From an uncultured cyanobacterium (GTDB taxonomy: Bacteria; Cyanobacteriota; Cyanobacteriia; Cyanobacteriales; CAWCAG01), in assembly GCA_963803805.1 (NCBI GenBank), contig CAWDOD010000006.1:32001-96000 (forward strand): a DNA stretch of 64,000 nucleotides. Reading direction: 5' to 3'. Position numbers and translations under genes: made by a program. Below the pieces are notes generated by a model, which was not told where the DNA came from, ran no database searches, and was given only the letters and a program-made list of their open reading frames with translations. The stretch's first letter is position 1. Each line of letters begins with the position of its first letter. This document shows, in pieces, positions 44,698 to 54,302 of the stretch.

Positions 44698-45726
44698 ATG
44701 CAGACTTACAGTAGCCCAGAAGTTAAGTATGACTGGTGGGCGGGCAATGCTCGCTTTGCTGAACTTTCTGGCTTATTCATCGCTGCCCATGTTGCCCAAG
44801 CAGCCCTAATCACCTTTTGGGCTGGTGCATTCACCTTGTTTGAAATCTCTTGGTTTGATCCGACTCAACCAATGGGAGAACAGGGTCTAATTTTGTTACC
44901 CCACCTAGCAACCCTTGGCTTGGGAATCGGTGACGGTGGGCAAGTTGTGGATACCTATCCTTACTTTGTTGTGGGTACAGTACATCTAATTTCCTCAGCA
45001 GTTTTGGGGGCAGGGGCTTTATTCCATACCTTCAAAGCACCTGACGACTTGAAAAATGCTCAAGGTCGTGCCAGGATGTTCGATTTTGATTGGGACGACC
45101 CTAAAAAATTGGGCATAATTTTAGGACATCATCTCCTTTTCTTAGGTATAGGAGCTTTTTTGCTGGTGTTCAAAGCCATGTATTGGGGTGGACTTTATGA
45201 CGTGGCAACTCAAACTGTTCGCCTTGTGACTCAACCAACCCTCGATCCTTTAGTTATCTATGGTTATCAAACTCACTTCGCTAGTGTTGATAACTTAGAA
45301 GATTTGGTAGGTGGGCATATCTATGTAGGAATTATGCTCATTGGTGGCGGAATTTGGCATATTCTTGTTCCTCCCTTAAACTGGGCCAAGAAAGTATTGA
45401 CCTTTTCCGGTGAAGCGATTTTATCCTATTCCCTTGGTGGCATCGCCTTAGCTGGTTTTGTCGCCGCCTATTTCTGTGCTGTCAATACCCTTGCCTATCC
45501 CCCTGAATTTTATGGCCCTCCCTTAGAAGTAAAGTTAGGTATTACTCCTTACTTTGCTGATACCATCAAACTTCCTTTTGGCGCTCATACTTCCAGATGC
45601 TGGCTAGCAAATGCTCACTTTTTCTTAGCCTTCTTCTTTTTGCAAGGACATCTATGGCACGCACTACGAGCAATTGGTTTTGATTTCCGTCGCGTTGAGA
45701 AAGCATTGGATTCAATGGAAGCTTAA
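44698..45726 (+). CDS. isiA: Iron-stress chlorophyll-binding protein (CP43-prime)
   Basis: [30 protein letters not shown] and GHLWHALRA motifs; 342 aa, lacking the large lumenal loop of PsbC. Confidence 0.88.
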   Translation: MQTYSSPEVKYDWWAGNARFAELSGLFIAAHVAQAALITFWAGAFTLFEISWFDPTQPMGEQGLILLPHLATLGLGIGDGGQVVDTYPYFVVGTVHLISSAVLGAGALFHTFKAPDDLKNAQGRARMFDFDWDDPKKLGIILGHHLLFLGIGAFLLVFKAMYWGGLYDVATQTVRLVTQPTLDPLVIYGYQTHFASVDNLEDLVGGHIYVGIMLIGGGIWHILVPPLNWAKKVLTFSGEAILSYSLGGIALAGFVAAYFCAVNTLAYPPEFYGPPLEVKLGITPYFADTIKLPFGAHTSRCWLANAHFFLAFFFLQGHLWHALRAIGFDFRRVEKALDSMEA

Positions 45727-45748
45727 TTCTTGATCACTATTTTTGTTA

Positions 45749-45783
45749 AGGGGTTTCTGAAAATATAGAAACCCCTCTTATTC
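45749..45783 (+). terminator. Terminator hairpin after isiA
   Basis: AGGGGTTTCT...AGAAACCCCT perfect stem. Confidence 0.7.
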
Positions 45784-45914
45784 TAGCCTTGAGTGCATTG
45801 AGAGTAATTTAATTATCTAGAGACAGCTTAATCTTTTGATTACCCTGGTTTTACCTAAGTAGTTTAGATTACATTTAAACCGCAACATTACCCAACTGCA
45901 ACCCTTTCTCAACT

Positions 45915-46529
45915 ATGCCCTTAGCTTACCAAGAGACACCAAGAAGAACTATTAAAGAATCCGGTGAAGAACGCAGATTATATTTTTATGAAAAGGGAGA
46001 AGAAATACCTTTAGCTGCCCAAGGTGTATGGCAAATTTATCGAGGTTTGGTGCAGTTCAGCACTTTTTATCCTAATGGAGAAGAAGTACTTTTAGGTTGG
46101 GCGCAACCTGCTAACTTTTTTGGGGCATGGCTAACTAGCTTGCAAACTTATCAAGCAACAGCTTTATCTGATGTTTACCTACGTTGGTACTCCCTAATTG
46201 AAATAGAAACTTCTCCTCGCTTAGCTCAAACTATGTTAAGACAAATGGGACAGAGAATTCGCCATGGAGAAATGTTGCTAGCGATCGCAGGACAAAGAAA
46301 AGTAGAAGATCGTTTGCGCCAATTGTTACTTTTTCTACAAAAAGAAATGAGCGAACCTACTGAAGAAGGGGATCGTCTCTTGTTACGTTTAACCCATCAA
46401 AACATTGCTAATGCTATTGGTACAACTAGGGTGACAGTAACTAGATTGCTGGGAGATTTTCAGCGTCAAGCCCTAATTAAATTAGATCGCGATCGCCATA
46501 TAATTGTTAAGCACCATAAGGTGAGTTAA
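45915..46529 (+). CDS. Crp/Fnr family transcriptional regulator
   Basis: HTH segment LTHQNIANAIGTTRVTVTRLL. Confidence 0.92.
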   Translation: MPLAYQETPRRTIKESGEERRLYFYEKGEEIPLAAQGVWQIYRGLVQFSTFYPNGEEVLLGWAQPANFFGAWLTSLQTYQATALSDVYLRWYSLIEIETSPRLAQTMLRQMGQRIRHGEMLLAIAGQRKVEDRLRQLLLFLQKEMSEPTEEGDRLLLRLTHQNIANAIGTTRVTVTRLLGDFQRQALIKLDRDRHIIVKHHKVS

Positions 46530-46547
46530 AAGCAAGTTAACTAATTT

Positions 46548-46573
46548 AGTCTACGACAACGGCAAAGCCGTAC
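46548..46573 (+). repeat. Short dispersed repeat (copy 3 of the 11962 family)
   Basis: AGTCTACGACAACGGCAAAGCCGTAC. Confidence 0.6.
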
Positions 46574-46631
46574 CATTGGCCTTTGATAACAAGCTATAAC
46601 TAAAACAACTCTTGTTCGTCAAGGTCAACCT

Positions 46632-47786
46632 ATGACTAGTTTCCCAGTTAAGAAGCTTGCTATTTTGATTAATCCTCAAGGAAGTAGTGGAGTTCCAGGA
46701 GGTATCTGTGTTGTTGTCACCAAGCTACTTCAGGAACTAGCAGCTAGAAATTTTGAGCTTGATTTAGTTGTACAATCTGATGAGGCAACAAAATTATTCC
46801 CTGATCTACCTCCACAAATTAGAGTTATTAACTTAAACACACCGTTTCAAGTCAGGTTTAAAAGTGCAATTAAAATAATTCCTCCTTTATTGAAGTATTT
46901 GAGAACAGAAAAGCCTGATGTTTTAATTTGTCACTTGACCTTAGTTAATTATTTGACAGTTATAGCTCGTTTTTTAGCTAGAGTTCCTACCTGTTTAGTC
47001 TTAGTAGAACATTTCCCTTTTCTCGAACTGCAAAAGGATCGGGATGTTACAAAATCTCATCACTTAATGAAAGCACCACTTCAGACTGTTCAACGTTGGC
47101 TTTATCTCCAAGCTGATGCTATTGTTGCTGTTTCTGAAGGTGTAGCTAAATCTTTTAAAGCTGGTTTAAACTTAAAACCTGGTTCTGTGCAAGTAATTTA
47201 TAATCCAGTGGTGGATACAACGTTACGGCAGAAGGCTCAAAGTCCTCTACAGCATCCTTGGTTTGCAGAACATCAGCCTCCTGTTATATTAGCGGTGGGA
47301 AGATTGTTACCACCGAAAGACTTTGATACCCTGATCCAAGCTTTTGCTAAATTAAGAGAAAAACGTCCTCTACGACTTTTGATTTTAGGTGAAGGCCACT
47401 TGCGCTCAGAATTAGAATCTTTAATTACTAACTTGGGCATAAGCGCAGATGTTTCTTTGCCTGGTTACACTAACAATCCTTATGCTTATATGGCGCAAGC
47501 ATCAGTACTTGTTCTCTCTTCACATTTTGAAGGACTGCCAACAGTTATCATTGAAGCCCTGGCTTGTAACTGTCAGGTAGTTGCTACCAATTGTCCCTAT
47601 GGCCCCCAAGAAATTTTAGCTGATGGTAAGTTTGGCCGTTTAGTACCCGTAGGAGATGTAGCAGCTTTAGCTAAAGCCATAGAGTTAGCTTTGGATCAAC
47701 CAATCAATGTCGAAAAGTTGCAGCACAGAAGTGAAAATTTCAGCGTAGTAAGTTCAGTTGATTCTTACTTAAAGTTGTTTACTTAA
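46632..47786 (+). CDS. Glycosyltransferase family 4
   Basis: VIYNPV, AVGRL and EGLPTVIIEALA motifs. Confidence 0.92.
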   Translation: MTSFPVKKLAILINPQGSSGVPGGICVVVTKLLQELAARNFELDLVVQSDEATKLFPDLPPQIRVINLNTPFQVRFKSAIKIIPPLLKYLRTEKPDVLICHLTLVNYLTVIARFLARVPTCLVLVEHFPFLELQKDRDVTKSHHLMKAPLQTVQRWLYLQADAIVAVSEGVAKSFKAGLNLKPGSVQVIYNPVVDTTLRQKAQSPLQHPWFAEHQPPVILAVGRLLPPKDFDTLIQAFAKLREKRPLRLLILGEGHLRSELESLITNLGISADVSLPGYTNNPYAYMAQASVLVLSSHFEGLPTVIIEALACNCQVVATNCPYGPQEILADGKFGRLVPVGDVAALAKAIELALDQPINVEKLQHRSENFSVVSSVDSYLKLFT

Positions 47787-47822
47787 TAAAAAAAAGAGAG
47801 AGAAGATTTCCTTCTCTCTCAA
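47787..47822 (-). terminator. Intrinsic terminator for the PEP-CTERM gene
   Basis: GAGAGAGAAG...CTTCTCTCTC stem with a long T-run on the minus strand. Confidence 0.75.
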
Positions 47823-47877
47823 CAACTTCCTTTATTACTACTTGTTTAACCAGACTAAGTAATCTGCAACATAATTG

Positions 47878-48636
47878 TTAGTTAGCTTGCTTGTTTTTGC
47901 CGCGACGGGTAGCAGCTAATGCAGCAACGAAGCCTAATGCACCAAGAGTAGCAGGCTCAGGGACATCTTTGCTATCTGCTGCTACTAAAGCGTAGTCATG
48001 TCCAGCGTGAGTATCACCAGGTGTTCCTGCTGCTGTGAACTTAACGCTACTAACTTTTGCATCACCGAAAGGATTGAGGATTTTGTAGTAGCCACCACCT
48101 TTTTTAGTGGAATCGCTTATGGCATCTACGATTGTTGTGCTGCCGCCAAAAGAATACTCAGCTTGGGTGTCATTGATAACTTTCAAACTGCCTATTCCTA
48201 AAGCAGTTTCTAGCTGAGCAATTTCAAAAACCTTATCAGCGAACACACCGGGCTGATACAAGAAAGCTAACTCAATAGACTTAAAGACGTTGTTGCTATC
48301 CTTAGCTTCGAGGAGAATGAATTCACCGGCATCAAGTTCACCAGGAACCCCTTCATTATCACCACCCTCATCACCATCATGGGTTACACCAATTCCTGTA
48401 ACACCATTAACGGTTTTATCAATTAGGACAGGATTAGCACTGGCATCTCCGTCAAGCCCAGCAGTAATTGTGAAGCCGTCATCTGTCATGCAGCTATCGG
48501 TGGGGAGAGAAGCGATCGCGCAGTCTCCTAAATCGCTAGGGGTTTGGAAGCTGAAAGCTTGGGCAGAAGCGGAGGAGAAGGCTAGGGTTGTTCCAGCGAT
48601 GAAGCCAGCAGCGAGAAGGTTGGATTTGATATTCAT
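47878..48636 (-). CDS. PEP-CTERM sorted surface protein
   Basis: Signal peptide ending SAQA; C-terminal VPEPATLGALGFVAALAATRRGKNK. Confidence 0.92.
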   Translation of the reverse strand: MNIKSNLLAAGFIAGTTLAFSSASAQAFSFQTPSDLGDCAIASLPTDSCMTDDGFTITAGLDGDASANPVLIDKTVNGVTGIGVTHDGDEGGDNEGVPGELDAGEFILLEAKDSNNVFKSIELAFLYQPGVFADKVFEIAQLETALGIGSLKVINDTQAEYSFGGSTTIVDAISDSTKKGGGYYKILNPFGDAKVSSVKFTAAGTPGDTHAGHDYALVAADSKDVPEPATLGALGFVAALAATRRGKNKQAN

Positions 48637-49308
48637 GAAATTCACCTTGGTTGAGGAGCAGTTGTTAGGAAATGTTATAAATTATTAGACTTAATGAAGC
48701 CTGTCAAGTATCTCTAGACTAGTCACTTTATAGTTGGTTGAGTTTAGAGTTCATAAGACCCAGGAACATAGAGGTTATTTTTAAAACCTTGGTGTAAGGT
48801 TGCTTTGTGGGCGGGATGTTGTTTGCATCTTTTGCCTTACACTTATACATTCTATGTGGCTTAAGAACAGCCTGCATCAGTATTTATATAGATTTTTTTC
48901 CTGAAAGAATAGTGTTGAACTGTCCAACTGCAATTCTAGTCGGACGTAGACAATTTTTTGTAGCCTTTGAAACTAAATTGGATTTTATCTAAGCTTTATA
49001 TAGGTAAACTTTTTTATGAAGTACAAATGAAGCGCACTAAACTCACTTTGCGTATATACACTTAAGTAATTCTTTGCTTCTGCAATTAGCTAGATAAACA
49101 GCTAGCTTCTCCGGTTATTTACTTAAACTGCTGAACAAGCTTCTTTAAAGATCGCTATTTTTGGCATCAAACACGGGCATTAGCAATTAACTAATTTGCT
49201 TGATTCTCTTAAGAGTTTATGTGGAGAATTTGATCTAGCTCTTAAGGAGGATGAAACACAAGCCTTTTAATTATGTTTTCTGGACTCAATTAACAGCAGT
49301 GATTAAGA

Positions 49309-50961
49309 TCACAATTCTTTTTCTAATCGAGGTGCAGCTTGTAAGAGGCTTTTAGTATAGGAATTTTGGGGATTAGCAAAAAGCTGGTGGGTGCTACCCA
49401 TCTCGACAATTTTACCTTTATTCATAACTGCAATGCGATCGCATAAAAATCTGGCTACCCATAGATCATGGGTGATAAATAAATAGGTGAGGTTAAATTC
49501 CGTTTGTAATGATTGCATCAACTCCAATACTTGAGTCTGGACACTAGCATCAAGCATACTAACGGGTTCATCACAAATAAGTAACTTTGGTTGAGTAATT
49601 AAAGCCCTGGCGATCGCAACTCTTTGTTGTTGTCCTCCTGATAGATCAGCGGGATAGCGATAATAATAATCTGCCACTGGGGTTAAGCCCACTCGTGTAA
49701 GCATTTGTTCTACTTTAATTTTTGCTTCAGCCGGAGTGGCTAATTTATGGATAAAGAGAGGATCAGCGATAGATGCCCCTACTTTCATGAGGGGATTGAG
49801 GCAGGCATGGGGATCTTGAAATACCATTTGTATTTCCCGTCGTCTTTGTCTTACCTCTGCTTCTGAGAGTTGGGTTAAGTCAACTCCTTGGAAGTTGACA
49901 CTACCGGAAGTAGGGCGCATCAGTTGTAGGATGGTTCGCGAGAGGGTACTTTTACCACAACCTGATTCTCCTACCAAACCAAAAATCTCCCCTGGATAAA
50001 GCTGAAAGCTAACGTCATCAACAGCTTTAATCAAAGGGGTTTCTTTTTTGAATAATTGCTGAAACAGGTTACTTTCTAAGGTGAAATGCTGTTTAAGGTC
50101 TTTAACTTCTAATAGATATGGTTGAGGATTATCTTCTTGTTGGGTATCCTGAGTTTCTACTCCTTGGATTTTTAAAGCTGCTTGGAGTAAAGATTGGCTA
50201 TATTCGTGTTGAGGTGCTTTTAAGATGGATTTCGCTACACCAGTTTCTACCATCTTGCCTTGATACATCACCGCAAGGCGATCGCAATATTCCCCCACCA
50301 TAGCTAAGTCATGGGAAATCAAGAGTAAAGCAAGGCCTCTTTCTTCGCATAGGCGAGTTAATTCGTCTAATATCTCGGCGGAGATGGTGACATCTAAACT
50401 AGTGGTAGGTTCGTCTGCCACAATTAGTTTAGGTTCTAATAATAAAGCTAAAGCGATGGCTACCCTTTGGCGCATTCCACCACTAAATTCATGGGGATAT
50501 TGTGACCAGCGATTCCTAGGTATTTTAACGGCTTCTAAAGTTGTTAAGGCTTTTTGTTTTGCTTCTGAGCGAGATAAATTAGGTTGATGGGCTTTTAAGG
50601 TTTCTAAGCAATGCCTGCCAATGGTCATGAGAGGATCAAGACGAGTCATCGGATCTTGAAAGACAAGGGAAACAGCTTCACCACGAAATCTACGCAGTTG
50701 AGTTTTATTAAAATCTAAAACTGACTGACCAGCAAAACTCACTTTCCCCGTAACTTGGCTAGTTGGTGGTAACAAGCGCATCGCCGCCCTACCCAAGGTC
50801 GATTTTCCGCACCCAGATTCTCCTACTAACCCTAATTTTTCCCCTGGATTAAGGGTAAAGGAAACATCATCAACAGCCCAATCAATTTTTCCTGATGATT
50901 GGCTATTAGGGTAAGCAACTTGTAAGTTTTCGACATTTAATAAAGGGTTGGTTGTGGTCAT
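49309..50961 (-). CDS. Peptide ABC transporter, fused double ATP-binding subunit
   Basis: Two GESGCGKST Walker A motifs; FSGGMRQR and LSGGQQQR signatures. Confidence 0.95.
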   Translation of the reverse strand: MTTTNPLLNVENLQVAYPNSQSSGKIDWAVDDVSFTLNPGEKLGLVGESGCGKSTLGRAAMRLLPPTSQVTGKVSFAGQSVLDFNKTQLRRFRGEAVSLVFQDPMTRLDPLMTIGRHCLETLKAHQPNLSRSEAKQKALTTLEAVKIPRNRWSQYPHEFSGGMRQRVAIALALLLEPKLIVADEPTTSLDVTISAEILDELTRLCEERGLALLLISHDLAMVGEYCDRLAVMYQGKMVETGVAKSILKAPQHEYSQSLLQAALKIQGVETQDTQQEDNPQPYLLEVKDLKQHFTLESNLFQQLFKKETPLIKAVDDVSFQLYPGEIFGLVGESGCGKSTLSRTILQLMRPTSGSVNFQGVDLTQLSEAEVRQRRREIQMVFQDPHACLNPLMKVGASIADPLFIHKLATPAEAKIKVEQMLTRVGLTPVADYYYRYPADLSGGQQQRVAIARALITQPKLLICDEPVSMLDASVQTQVLELMQSLQTEFNLTYLFITHDLWVARFLCDRIAVMNKGKIVEMGSTHQLFANPQNSYTKSLLQAAPRLEKEL

Positions 50962-51030
50962 TGATTATTGATTATTAAATACCGTGGGTACTCCCTTACT
51001 TCTAAGAGTCTCGCCATTATCAACTGGCCC

Positions 51031-51381
51031 TTAGCTTTTTGGGTGATTGTTTTCATCTACTAAAACCACTGTTGGTTGATGATTTTCTGCTTCTTCTGGA
51101 CTCAATTGACCATAGGTCATAATAATTAAGCGATCGCCTCCTACTCCTAAACGGGCAGCAGCACCATTAAGTTCAATGATGCCAGAGTTAGGTGCTGCTT
51201 CAATAGCATAGGTGATTAGTCTTTCTCCATTGGCAATATTAACTACTTGCACCTGTTCATAAACAGAGATTCCTGCTTTATCTAACAAGGTTTTATCAAC
51301 ACTAATACTACCAACATAGTTGATATTAGTAGATGTTAAGGTGCAGTTATGAATTTTGGCTAATAAAAATATACGTTGCAT
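51031..51381 (-). CDS. panD: Aspartate 1-decarboxylase
   Basis: [21 protein letters not shown] and LNGAAAR motifs. Confidence 0.95.
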   Translation of the reverse strand: MQRIFLLAKIHNCTLTSTNINYVGSISVDKTLLDKAGISVYEQVQVVNIANGERLITYAIEAAPNSGIIELNGAAARLGVGGDRLIIMTYGQLSPEEAENHQPTVVLVDENNHPKS

Positions 51382-51439
51382 AAATTAGTGATTAGTTAAG
51401 AATTAAGCGTTTTTATTCTATAGCAGTTCTCACTTCCGC

Positions 51440-52093
51440 TTATGATCTCTCCAAGATCCCCAAACTCTCAATCAACTGGGGTTGTTCCTCCAAAGCAATC
51501 CTGGCAATAACCACAAAATCACTCAACCAAACATTAAGCTCCTCAATCACTGCATCCCTCACCTTCGTCGCATCCTGGGCTTCTCCCATCTCCTTCTTCT
51601 GGGCCAAATTAGCAGCCTCCACAGCCTCCACCTCTGCCTGTGCCGCCTCCAACTTTGCAGGGGTAATGCCATACTCAGCAATTGCATCCAGAAAACCTTG
51701 ATTACTAAGGATATTTTGATAAAACTGCTTTGCCTCCAACAACCAAGCAGAAAGAGCGCGTTTGCGGATGCCATTGAGGGCTAACTCTGCTGCTGCACCG
51801 GGATTATCCTTAAAGGTAATGCGGGCAATCTTCAGGTGGCGATTGTAACTTGCTTTCGCCACTTCCCAAGTTTCGTTAAGGGTTGCGGTAGCGCTGTACT
51901 GTTCTCCGTATTCTTTAGTTTGCTTTTGCTGTGCGGCTAAAGCTTGATCATAAAGGGCTTTACCTTTTTGGAGTTTTTCTGGGGTGTAACCGTATTCTGT
52001 TAAGTAAGCCTGAATTTGAGGTTGACTGAGGGCGTTATCAATGGCAACGCGAGCATCATTAAGGAAACTGTCAAGGGTTTGATTAATTGCCAC
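51440..52093 (-). CDS. Uncharacterised alpha-helical protein with two-fold internal repeat
   Basis: 217-aa GTG ORF; EYGYTPEKL...QTKEYGEQYSAT matches EYGITPAKL...QKKEMGEAQDAT. Confidence 0.85.
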   Translation of the reverse strand: MAINQTLDSFLNDARVAIDNALSQPQIQAYLTEYGYTPEKLQKGKALYDQALAAQQKQTKEYGEQYSATATLNETWEVAKASYNRHLKIARITFKDNPGAAAELALNGIRKRALSAWLLEAKQFYQNILSNQGFLDAIAEYGITPAKLEAAQAEVEAVEAANLAQKKEMGEAQDATKVRDAVIEELNVWLSDFVVIARIALEEQPQLIESLGILERS

Positions 52094-52220
52094 GGTGATT
52101 AATTTAGTAAATTGTTGTTGTTCGGCTATACATAGCTACGAAGGAATGAGCAGTTGTTAGAGAAAAGTCAGGGAAAATGTCATAAAAATTAAAGAGTTAG
52201 TCCGAGGAATGGCAAAGTAA

Positions 52221-52381
52221 GCTTACGGAACGATTTATTTGACTTACTCAATGACTTATTCGACTTACGGAACGATTCATTTAGCTTACTCAACGACTTA
52301 TTCAACTTACGGAACGATTTATTTGGCTTACTCAACGACTTATTTAACTTACGGAACCATTTATTTGGCTTATTACTTATT
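52221..52381. repeat. Hierarchical tandem array (42-bp units made of 21-bp halves of 7-bp blocks), about 3.8 units
   Basis: Unit: acttacg gaacgat ttatttg gcttact caacgac ttatt(c/t)(a/g). Confidence 0.9.
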
Positions 52382-52443
52382 AGGGCGACCCAATTTCAAC
52401 TCTGGTTGGTTGGAAATACGAGTGAAAACGGGTCGCCCCTACA
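52381..52443 (-). repeat. GTAG-headed REP-like palindrome (copy C)
   Basis: Minus strand reads GTAGGGGCGACCCGTTTTC...CAGAGTTGAAATTGGGTCGCCCTA, matching copy A. Confidence 0.85.
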
Positions 52444-52450
52444 CTACTAC

Positions 52451-53188
52451 TTACTTCCCCAATTTCCCAACTTCCTCAACAGACAAACTCAAAGCCGCCG
52501 CTACCTGTTCCACACTCAAACCCAACGCTAATAAACGGGGAACAGCTTCCCTTTGTGCCTGTTCAGCTTCTCGCCTAGCTTGTTCAGTTTCTTGATAACT
52601 CAGTAATTTTTCACCTGTTCGAGGGTCATAGAAACGTAATTCTTTCTCAATTAACCTTAAATCTAACCCCAATGTCTCAGAATACATCGACATCACTCCC
52701 CCATTCGCCACACTCCTAGCTATGGGTTGGTAAACCCCCTCTACTAGTCTCACCCCCTTGAGTTGCTGCTTGAGGTAATCTCCTGTGGGGTCATATTGAA
52801 AATACTCTTCTACTCCCAGGTTTTGGTAGGTAATGGGCTTTTGTTCTTCGTCTACTTTTTTGGTTGTGTTTGAAGTGATTTCTAAGACAAAGCTGGGGAC
52901 TTTTCCCCCTTCTTCCCATACTTTGTAGGTTTTACGTTTCTTCTTCTCTACACCGAAGACAACAAAGACATCTGGGGCTACTACTGATTTTGGTACACCT
53001 TTTTGGTAGTAGATAAATAAGTTACCGGAGATATAAACATCTTGCCGGTTTTGAAAGTAGATGCTGAGGGCCTCTACACCATAAACTAAATAATCCCTAG
53101 TAGGATCACTTTCTGCCATTGGTTCGCCGTCACTATAGGGATAGAGGTCATCTTCTGTTTCAATGAGTTGTTCTGATGAAAGAGTCAT
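52451..53188 (-). CDS. Uma2 family (PD-(D/E)XK) endonuclease-like protein
   Basis: SDGEPMAES, VAPDVFVV, FVLEITS and EYFQYDP motifs; coiled tail. Confidence 0.92.
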   Translation of the reverse strand: MTLSSEQLIETEDDLYPYSDGEPMAESDPTRDYLVYGVEALSIYFQNRQDVYISGNLFIYYQKGVPKSVVAPDVFVVFGVEKKKRKTYKVWEEGGKVPSFVLEITSNTTKKVDEEQKPITYQNLGVEEYFQYDPTGDYLKQQLKGVRLVEGVYQPIARSVANGGVMSMYSETLGLDLRLIEKELRFYDPRTGEKLLSYQETEQARREAEQAQREAVPRLLALGLSVEQVAAALSLSVEEVGKLGK

Positions 53189-53257
53189 GATTTGGTAGAC
53201 CTCTTACTCAATGGCAGTTAATTTTAAGATAACACTGTACTTGTGTCTAGGAGTGAA

Positions 53258-53788
53258 TTAACTTTGCTTGGGGATGACTGTTAATCTCGTGATTTCTGAA
53301 GAATCAAGCTTAAATTCTATTTCCTCAATTGCATAAAAGTCTGCCTCAGTTTTTGAAGGATTGAGAAGTTTTTTCACCGCCTCTCGTTTTAATTCTGCAC
53401 CCTCTCCCGTAGCATTCAGGGGTAACTCCGTAATAGGTTTAACGGACCAAATTTCTTCCCCGTCGCGGATAGTTCCTATCTCACCTTTAGGAATATCTTC
53501 CTCTGTAAAAGTTAACTTCTCAATATCAGCCATTGCCACCACTTCAGAAATACCATTGGACTCTAGGGCGATGTTTTTGTCTCCTTCGTTAATAGCTGCT
53601 AACTGCCCAGCTTTCTTATTACCATCTTTGAGTTCAACTGTAGCAACAGGGGGTAAAGTAATACAGACTATTTCCTCAGTTGCCTGACATTGGGATCGAG
53701 GGTTTTCTTGGGTTTCCCTACTGCAACCGCTTAAGCTAATGAAGGTAAGCAATAAGGTGGCAATCCATCCTGAGTAAATAGTCTTCAT
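53258..53788 (-). CDS. Hypothetical lipoprotein
   Basis: Signal peptide with LSGC lipobox. Confidence 0.75.
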   Translation of the reverse strand: MKTIYSGWIATLLLTFISLSGCSRETQENPRSQCQATEEIVCITLPPVATVELKDGNKKAGQLAAINEGDKNIALESNGISEVVAMADIEKLTFTEEDIPKGEIGTIRDGEEIWSVKPITELPLNATGEGAELKREAVKKLLNPSKTEADFYAIEEIEFKLDSSEITRLTVIPKQS

Positions 53789-53928
53789 CTTACTTAATCT
53801 CTAAAATTCAAGTATAAATAAAAACTTAATGCAGGCTTAGTAATGGTTTCAGGTTGATTTATGAATATGTTTAGCAATCAATAGTGAATCTTTCTTGTAG
53901 TTAATTTGTTAGGCAGCATTAGTTTTAT

Positions 53929-54003
53929 TGGGGGACTAGCCCCCCAAACCCCCCAGCAGGGAAACAAGTGTTTCCCTACAACCCTTCCTAACCGCTTCGC
54001 TCT
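53929..54003. repeat. GC-rich multi-hairpin element resembling cyanobacterial short dispersed repeats
   Basis: GGGGGACTAGCCCCCCAAACCCCC, then AGGGAAAC...GTTTCCCT, then CGCTTCGCT; single copy in this window. Confidence 0.5.
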
Positions 54004-54302
54004 TTTGTTGGTTATATTTAACTGACTAATTCTGAGTTGGCCTGTCGTCGGAAATAGACCTCGTGGTAGGGCGTATCTATATTTGGGATCGTTGTTTAAG
54101 AAGTTACTTGCCACTGGCACAGAGGAAATACCTTGATTCAATTTATCTGTAACAAACATAATAGTATTTCATATTAGATATCTTTATTGATGAAAACTTA
54201 CCTCCTCTTTATCAAAAACAATTACTACGTTATCAACCTAAACTAATTGCCTTTTGCCTTTTGCCTGCCCTAACAGACAACCTGTGCCACCAAACCTTAT
54301 TT

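Noticed and set aside
48807-48992. 61-aa ORF upstream of the PEP-CTERM gene
   Set aside because: GTG start, no motif, and located in a probable promoter region
52221-52381. CRISPR array
   Set aside because: The units are contiguous with no unique spacers, and there are no cas genes in the window
52239-52595. 118-aa plus-strand ORF
   Set aside because: Made of the repeat array, the REP element and the antisense of Uma2, with a TTG start and no RBS; not annotated as a gene without expression data
53878-54159. 93-aa minus-strand ORF
   Set aside because: The C-terminal half is a translation of the GC-rich repeat element and no domain is recognised; a remnant gene cannot be excluded
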